Assembly (NCBI GenBank): GCA_041744795.1
Contig: JBGTKD010000173.1
Location: forward strand, 4,214-68,213
Length of the DNA stretch: 64,000 nt
Direction: 5' to 3'
Source of the DNA: Acidimicrobiia bacterium
Lineage (GTDB): Bacteria > Actinomycetota > Acidimicrobiia > Spongiisociales > ZC4RG35
Below, piece by piece: positions 58,343 to 64,000 of this stretch. The number at the start of each line of letters is the position of its first letter. Position 1 is the stretch's first letter. The notes beneath the pieces are model-generated. The model made no database searches, was not told the origin of the DNA, and saw nothing but the letters and a program-made list of their open reading frames with translations. The position numbers and the translations under genes were made by a program.

Positions 58343-58765
58343 TTAGACGATCTCGAGGGTGATTGGAACGTTGCCCTTCAACGCCTGGGATACAGGACAA
58401 TTCTCCTTCGCCCCGTTTGCCGCCTGGGCGAAATCCTCTGCCGACAGGCCTGGAACATCGGCGGAAAGCACCAACTTGATTCCAGTGATGCCGGTACCCG
58501 GAACGAACGTGGCTGTCGCCGTCACATCGAGGCTGGCGGGCGGAGTGCCTCCCCTACCCAAAGCCCCCGAAAGAGACATGGAAAAGCAGCTGGCGTGGGC
58601 GGCAGCGATCAGTTCTTCGGGACTCGTCTTGCCACCGGACTCTTCAGAACGGGCCTTCCAGTCGACATCCAGCGGACCGGCGGCTCCGGAAGCGAGGGTC
58701 GTCTTGCCTGACCCCGACATGAGGTCGCCTTCCCAGTGCGTGGAGGCCGTTGAGTCGAGAGACAT
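58343..58765 (-). CDS. OsmC-family peroxiredoxin-like protein
   Basis: ATG at 58765. The OsmC N-terminus is HWEGDLMSGSG. Two Cys lie in the expected regions (ASCFSM, ENCPVS). Confidence 0.8.
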   Translation of the reverse strand: MSLDSTASTHWEGDLMSGSGKTTLASGAAGPLDVDWKARSEESGGKTSPEELIAAAHASCFSMSLSGALGRGGTPPASLDVTATATFVPGTGITGIKLVLSADVPGLSAEDFAQAANGAKENCPVSQALKGNVPITLEIV

Positions 58766-58876
58766 GTTCTTGCCCTTTCTAAAGTTGACCCGCCCGAGCG
58801 TACCCGCAGACGAACCCAAGGCGTTCAGAGACCGGTTCTGGTACGCGAAACGATTCATTTTTGAACCGCTGCCACG

Positions 58877-60103
58877 CTAAGAAACGGCTCTGGTGCGGCG
58901 GAGGAGGGGGTCGAGGGCGGCGAGGACCCTGTCGGCGGCCCGGAGTACTCGCCCGGCGGTGCCAGGGGTGTCCGAATCCACCAGATTGCCCATCACTTTG
59001 AGAGTGATGTCGGCGACAGACTGGGTACCCACGGCCAACTTCAACCCGGTGTTGAGTATCCACGGGTGGCCGATGAGGAATGAGAACCGTCGACCGGTTC
59101 GCAGGAACCCGTCGAAACGTTCGCCGATGAGCCGGTCATACTCCTCGGGAGCGGTGGCAGGGTCGGCCACGAAGAGTTCCGCTACCAGCATTCCGGACTC
59201 GAGGCCGTAGTCGATGCCCTCGCCGTTCATGGGGTTGATGAGACCGGCTGCATCCCCCACGGCGACCCATCCCGGACCATGACGCTGCTGCACGGTCATC
59301 GGCAGACGCCATGCTCGAGGCTTCTCGAGGTATGGGCCGATCTCCCAGGACTCTCGCACCTGGTCGCGATAGAGGTCGATCAACGAGTTCAGGTTGAGGC
59401 TCTTGTATCCCTTCATCGTCGACAGTGCCCCCACGCCAATGTTCACTGTCCCGTCTCCGGCAGGGAACATCCAACCGTATCCAGGCACCGAGTTGCCCAG
59501 CGTGTCGCTCATCGTGAGGCAGGCTTCGATGTGGCGGTCGGCGTGGCGGGGGGACTCGACATAGGACCTGATCGCAATCCCATAAGGCTCGCCTTCGACC
59601 CTGGTTGCGCCGAGCATCCTTGCGACCTGACCCGGGGCTCCGGTCGCGGCGACGACCAGACCTGCCGACCACCGAGTCCCACCCGCATCAACACCGACTA
59701 CCCGGTCATCGTCGAAGACGGGGATCGCCTCGCAGTCCCATACCAACTCGGCGCCGGCCGCCACTGCTGCATCGATCAACGCTGCGTCGAGACGTCTGCG
59801 AGGCCATACGGCTCCGTGGCCTGGGAATCTGGCTGTGCCCGGCCACGGGAGTTCACGCACGGTGCGGCCGGCGATCATTCTCAGGCCATCAATGTGGTGG
59901 GCGTCGTCGAGACTGATCTTGAGTTCGTTCAATGCGCCAACCGCTCTCGGAGTCAGACCATCGCCGCACACCTTGTCGCGGCCGTATGAAGCTCGGTCGA
60001 AGACCACCACGGACGCCCCCAGACGAGCGGCCTGGATGGCGGTGGCGGCGCCGGCTGGTCCGGCGCCGATGACGGCGATGTCAACAGATCTCATGCGGAA
60101 CAC
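58877..60103 (-). CDS. Geranylgeranyl reductase family FAD-dependent oxidoreductase
   Basis: The FAD motif is VIGAGPAGAATAIQAARLG, with DKVCGDGLTPRAV and GDAAGLINPMNGEGI blocks. Confidence 0.8.
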   Translation of the reverse strand: MFRMRSVDIAVIGAGPAGAATAIQAARLGASVVVFDRASYGRDKVCGDGLTPRAVGALNELKISLDDAHHIDGLRMIAGRTVRELPWPGTARFPGHGAVWPRRRLDAALIDAAVAAGAELVWDCEAIPVFDDDRVVGVDAGGTRWSAGLVVAATGAPGQVARMLGATRVEGEPYGIAIRSYVESPRHADRHIEACLTMSDTLGNSVPGYGWMFPAGDGTVNIGVGALSTMKGYKSLNLNSLIDLYRDQVRESWEIGPYLEKPRAWRLPMTVQQRHGPGWVAVGDAAGLINPMNGEGIDYGLESGMLVAELFVADPATAPEEYDRLIGERFDGFLRTGRRFSFLIGHPWILNTGLKLAVGTQSVADITLKVMGNLVDSDTPGTAGRVLRAADRVLAALDPLLRRTRAVS

Positions 60104-60175
60104 CTGAGGTTATCGGGAGAGGCACACCAACAGGATTCCGCCGGGCGACAGCCACAGACCCGTAGAGTCCCCCAC

Positions 60176-60724
60176 ATGGAACTCTTGATCATCCTCGCCA
60201 TCGTCGTCGTCCTCGTTGCCTGGTTCGTGGCGACCTACAACCAGTTGGTCAAGGGAAGGAACCGCGTCGACAACGCCTGGGGCCAGGTCGATGTCCAACT
60301 GGGCCGCCGTAACGATCTGATACCCAACCTCGTAGAGACGGTGAAGGGCTACGCCTCGCACGAGAGGGAGACCCTGGAGCAGGTCATCGAGGCAAGGAAC
60401 AGGTCCCAGGCCGCATCCGGCCCCGCCGAGTCAGCCCAGGCAGAGAACTTCCTCACCGGTGCGCTGCGTCAGTTGTTCGCTCTCGCTGAGGCCTATCCGG
60501 ACCTGAAAGCTGCAGAGAACTTCCGGGAACTGCAGGCCCAACTCGCCGAGACCGAGAACAAGATCGCCATTGCCCGCCAGATCTACAACGACACTGTTCT
60601 CACTCACAACAACCGAGTCCAGACCATCCCTTCGAACATCGTCGCCGCTCTGACCGGTTTCGAAACCCGTCCGTACTTCGATGCACCAGAAGGTGCCTCC
60701 GAACCACCGAGCGTCCAGTTCTGA
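60176..60724 (+). CDS. lemA: LemA family protein
   Basis: An N-terminal TM helix, then WFVATYNQLVKGRNRVDNAWGQVDVQLGRRNDLIPNLV, the LemA signature region. Confidence 0.9.
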   Translation: MELLIILAIVVVLVAWFVATYNQLVKGRNRVDNAWGQVDVQLGRRNDLIPNLVETVKGYASHERETLEQVIEARNRSQAASGPAESAQAENFLTGALRQLFALAEAYPDLKAAENFRELQAQLAETENKIAIARQIYNDTVLTHNNRVQTIPSNIVAALTGFETRPYFDAPEGASEPPSVQF

Positions 60725-62583
60725 GTCGAGCCTCCCGCAGCCTGATCGCAGTAGCGGCGGTCGCCGCGCTCGTTGTCGCGCCTGGCCTTCCGGCACAAGC
60801 CAAGTCTTTCGAGCTCCCCTCCGCAGAAGTAGCCCTAGTCCTGCATCCTGACGGGACGCTCGACGTGACGGAACGGATCACCTTCGCCTTCAACGGAGAC
60901 TTCCAAGGGGCCTACCGGGACATTCCGGTGCGATCCGGCGAGTCGATCGTCAACCTCTCCGTGACCGAGGCGGGTTCGCCGTATCAAATAGGTGGCTGCG
61001 CCGAATTGGGTTGTTCCAGCCCCGCTGGGACTTTTGGGGTGCGCGACCTGGGAAGCAGGGTCAGAGTCGTCTGGCACTATCGCGCCTTTTCTGAACAAAG
61101 AACGTTCACGATCTCCTACCAGATGACCGGTCTAGCCAAGGCGTACGACGACATCGTCGACGTCGAGTTCCAGGTGTGGGGTGGAGAGTGGGAGGTACCG
61201 GTCCAGAATGTCACGGCCACGCTCAGTCTTCCCGGGGGCCTCTCTGAAGGTGACGTGATGATTTGGGGTCACCCGAGAACCGTCGACGGGACGGTGTCTC
61301 TCGGTGAAGACGGGGTCTCCCCGTCGCTGCAGGCCGCCAGGGTCCCCGCAGGTCAGTTCGTCGAGATCCGAGTCCTGGTTCCTCGTTCAACTCTCACCGG
61401 TACAGCGTCGGCGAGTGTCATCGAGGGGTCGGGACTCGACGACATCCTCGCCGAAGAGAACCGGGACGCCCGGGTTGAGGATCTGCGAGCGCGAGTAATC
61501 GCCGTGTTGACGTTCATTGGCGTGTTGTTCCTGTTCCTGCCCGCCACCCTGGCCGCCGGCATCATCTTCTGGCGCTACGGCCGCGAACCCCGGGTGGCAT
61601 ACGACCGCGAGTACGAGCAGGAGCCACCGTCGGAAGATCCGCCAGCCATGATCCAGTCACTCCTCACCCAGGGAGCCGTCGACGAGCACGGCTTCACAGC
61701 AACGGTCTTCGACCTGATTCGACGTGGTGTCCTGTCTGCCCAACCGACGTCGGTTGATCGTCGAACCTGGGCGGGCCTTCGCACCGAGACGATCACCGAC
61801 CTCGAGTTGTCGCTAGCCGACACAGGCCAAACGCTCAAGAAGCATGAACGCTCGGTGGTGACGGTGATGCAGAGAATCCTGGCCGACGGACCACAACCGC
61901 TCCATGTATTCCGTGATCGGATCAGGGACGACGCAACGGCCAACGCCTCCTCCTACGCAAGCTTCAAGACCGAGGCCAACCGGGCGGTGGTCAGCGCCAA
62001 GCTTCTCGATCGTTCGGCCACGACGGTGCTCGTCCTCACAGGCATTGGACTGGCGATTGTCTTCGGGTTACTCATCGCGATCAGTGGATGGGTTGTCGGC
62101 TCCCCGGCGAGGGGCGGCGGTGTGATCCCGCTGTTCATGGGCGGGGCGGTGCTGAACACGATCATCTTCGGGATCTTCGTGGCGTTGCGAAAGGCGTGGG
62201 TGAGACGCACTCCCGAAGGCGCTCTCCTGGCGGCGCGTTGGCAGGCATTCCGCGCCTATCTCCGCGACTTCTCCCGGCTCGAAGAGGCACCACCTATCGC
62301 CCTCGACCTGTGGGACAAATTCTTGGTCTACGCCATCGCTCTCGGGGTCGCCGAGGAGGTACTGGCCGCCGCCCGTCTCCACGCTCCCCAAGAACTGGAG
62401 GCCGCTTCGAGTGTGTACTGGTACGGAGCCCACGGATTCACCGGTGGCCCGTCCGAGAATGCCTTCGCCGGTCTCACCAGCGCCCTGAGTGGCGCATTCA
62501 CGCCCCCGTCATCCGGAGGGGGCGGGGGCTTCTCGGGTGGGGGCGGCGGTGGCGGTGGTGGTGGCGGGGGCGGCGCCTGGTAA
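60721..62583 (+). CDS. DUF2207 family membrane protein (partner of LemA) with C-terminal poly-Gly tail; likely non-canonical CTG start overlapping the lemA stop
   Basis: The ORF track starts at a GTG at 60865. The same frame is open upstream from the lemA stop onward and encodes a textbook signal peptide (SRASRSLIAVAAVAALVVAPGLPAQA). There is no ATG, GTG or TTG between 60655 and 60864. The only candidate start is the CTG at 60721, inside the CTGA junction. Confidence 0.7.
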   Translation: MSRASRSLIAVAAVAALVVAPGLPAQAKSFELPSAEVALVLHPDGTLDVTERITFAFNGDFQGAYRDIPVRSGESIVNLSVTEAGSPYQIGGCAELGCSSPAGTFGVRDLGSRVRVVWHYRAFSEQRTFTISYQMTGLAKAYDDIVDVEFQVWGGEWEVPVQNVTATLSLPGGLSEGDVMIWGHPRTVDGTVSLGEDGVSPSLQAARVPAGQFVEIRVLVPRSTLTGTASASVIEGSGLDDILAEENRDARVEDLRARVIAVLTFIGVLFLFLPATLAAGIIFWRYGREPRVAYDREYEQEPPSEDPPAMIQSLLTQGAVDEHGFTATVFDLIRRGVLSAQPTSVDRRTWAGLRTETITDLELSLADTGQTLKKHERSVVTVMQRILADGPQPLHVFRDRIRDDATANASSYASFKTEANRAVVSAKLLDRSATTVLVLTGIGLAIVFGLLIAISGWVVGSPARGGGVIPLFMGGAVLNTIIFGIFVALRKAWVRRTPEGALLAARWQAFRAYLRDFSRLEEAPPIALDLWDKFLVYAIALGVAEEVLAAARLHAPQELEAASSVYWYGAHGFTGGPSENAFAGLTSALSGAFTPPSSGGGGGFSGGGGGGGGGGGGGAW

Positions 62584-62629
62584 CCGGGACCGGTTGAGAA
62601 CGCGTCGGACGAGGGCTAAGGCATAGCGA

Positions 62630-64000
62630 TCAGGTCGCTCTGAAGCTGAGAACAACACCGACCAAGATCACCACGACGGCCGCGGTCGGCGTGAGCAAAT
62701 CTCGCAACTTTCCGATCCAGCGATGGCCGGATAGGCGATCGAACCCGAAGCGACTGGCGCCGACCATGACCAATCCGACGCCGACCAGCGTGGTGGCCAT
62801 GCCCAAGCCGAACAACACGATGAGCAGGATGCCGAAGGGAATCCGACCCAGGTTGACGGCGGCCAACAGCAGCACCACTGCTGAAGCGGAAGGGACCAGG
62901 CCACCTGCCAGGCCCATGGACGCCAGCAGCTTCCAGCCCGAACCTTCCGCCCATTCATCAGGAATGGCATGGGAGTGGGCGATCCCTCCATGAGAGTGCA
63001 GGTCGGCACCCGGAGAGTGTGAGTGATGGTCGTGACCCTGCTGGCGGCGAGCGCCGAGCCACCGAACGAGCATCCACACCCCGATTCCCACCACGATCAG
63101 CCCAGAGAGCATCGACAGGACAGGGAAGACCTGCTCGGGGGCGAAGGCTGCGGTTCCGACCAGCGTCACCAAACCCAGGCCGAGGACTCCCGCGGTATGC
63201 GAGACCGCAACCGCTACCCCCAGAACAATGGCCTGTCGCAAGGTGCCTTTCGAGCCCACCAGATAGGCGGCCATGACGGTCTTGCCGTGTCCGGGGGCGA
63301 GCGCGTGGAGAATTCCGAGACCAACGGCAACGAGCATGGCGACGGGGAGCCCAGGAGACCCCGCGCTGGGATCGATCAGAGATGCGAGGGCGTCGACTGG
63401 CGTCACACGTTGAGCGGGGAGTTCAGCGCCAGGCCGGGGTGGCGGCGACCCCAAGGCGCTGTCCGGCGCAAGGCTCAAGGTGGCGGTTCCGGACCGGACG
63501 TCTCGGGGCGAGGACAGGAGGTCTTCGGGGTAGGACGTCAACCGGGCGGTTCTCGAGGTGGACGGCAAATCTGTGGTCGCACCGAAACCGACGGTGGTCA
63601 GCACCAACTCTCTCCATCCGAGACGTTCCTCGAAGAGATCATTCTCCACGGCTAGGTCGAGCCCTCCCGGCGGCAGCGGACCTCCGACCAACCTGCACTC
63701 GAGGCGGAGCGTAACGAGGCCTGCCTCGCCTTCCGGGAAAGCCAGGTGTGTCGCCTCTACGGCCAACGGCAGACGAGAGCCGTCGAGGACAACACGCAAT
63801 TCCTCACTTGTCCGGCGGCATTGATCGGCGGCGTAGGCATCGGCCTCCGAGTCTTCGATCTCGCCGTCTCCGTCGGCGTCCATCGCTCGGCGCTGCTGAG
63901 CCGCCGGGATCTCGGCCAGGTCGAGGACATAGTCGATCGTCACCCCTCCGCCGTCGACATGAACGCCGACGTACTGGTTGGTGGTGAAGTTGCCCAGAGG
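62630..64000 (-). CDS. Nickel/cobalt efflux (NicO/RcnA-like) membrane protein with a long N-terminal domain, 5'-partial; the frame is open to the window end
   Basis: The block HALAPGHGKTVMAAYLVG and the His-rich loop GHDHHSHSPGADLHSHGGIAHSH are typical of RcnA-type transporters. The GTG at 63943 is not the true start, because the frame is open to position 64000. Confidence 0.65.
   Translation of the reverse strand, partial: PLGNFTTNQYVGVHVDGGGVTIDYVLDLAEIPAAQQRRAMDADGDGEIEDSEADAYAADQCRRTSEELRVVLDGSRLPLAVEATHLAFPEGEAGLVTLRLECRLVGGPLPPGGLDLAVENDLFEERLGWRELVLTTVGFGATTDLPSTSRTARLTSYPEDLLSSPRDVRSGTATLSLAPDSALGSPPPRPGAELPAQRVTPVDALASLIDPSAGSPGLPVAMLVAVGLGILHALAPGHGKTVMAAYLVGSKGTLRQAIVLGVAVAVSHTAGVLGLGLVTLVGTAAFAPEQVFPVLSMLSGLIVVGIGVWMLVRWLGARRQQGHDHHSHSPGADLHSHGGIAHSHAIPDEWAEGSGWKLLASMGLAGGLVPSASAVVLLLAAVNLGRIPFGILLIVLFGLGMATTLVGVGLVMVGASRFGFDRLSGHRWIGKLRDLLTPTAAVVVILVGVVLSFRAT

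Noticed and set aside
59279-59989. 236-aa ORF antisense to the geranylgeranyl reductase gene
   Set aside because: Same reasoning. The FAD-binding motif is on the minus strand.
62088-62597. 169-aa ORF over the 3' end of the DUF2207 gene, and the GGCGG-rich repeat at 62515-62580
   Set aside because: The repeat is the codon-level image of the poly-Gly C-terminal tail of DUF2207. It is not a CRISPR array or a satellite. The overlapping ORF is Arg-rich frame noise.

Overview
This window is 64 kb of high-GC (about 65-70%) chromosome that looks actinobacterial. The F420-type LLM oxidoreductase, class E sortase, Rpf-like domain, ino1 and cobalamin salvage genes all point that way. It is densely coding, with about 60 genes on both strands and many short overlaps suggesting translational coupling. 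I recognise no rRNA, tRNA or CRISPR array.

Most of the window is ordinary core metabolism and housekeeping:
- gltBD glutamate synthase, sufB, prfC, rlmN, arfB, ino1, hmgA, ggt and a sigma-70-family factor.
- A cobalamin-riboswitch-controlled btuFCD-cobO-cobT salvage operon.
- A GH65 phosphorylase with beta-phosphoglucomutase, and a lemA/DUF2207 pair.
- HtrA, M23 and sortase envelope enzymes, and several HAD, VOC and flavin small enzymes.

Six loci depart from that:
1. Two clearly paralogous single-pass membrane proteins of unknown function flank a secreted Rpf-like transglycosylase.
2. Two tandem, translationally coupled 7TM-HD-GYP proteins sit beside a DUF5317-like membrane protein and a 490-bp lower-GC intergenic region carrying two palindromes.
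3. One complete ISL3-family insertion, with flanking direct repeats, lies about 70 bp upstream of hmgA, next to a transporter-like remnant.
4. The DUF2207 gene has no canonical start codon upstream of its signal peptide (CTGA junction with lemA).
5. A small Cys/His-containing (candidate zinc-binding) ORF lies just downstream of an orphan histidine kinase and upstream of an acyl-CoA synthetase.
6. sufB is isolated, with no sufCDS beside it.

All homology calls come from reading motifs in the translated ORFs by eye. No searches were run, so family names are hypotheses of varying strength.
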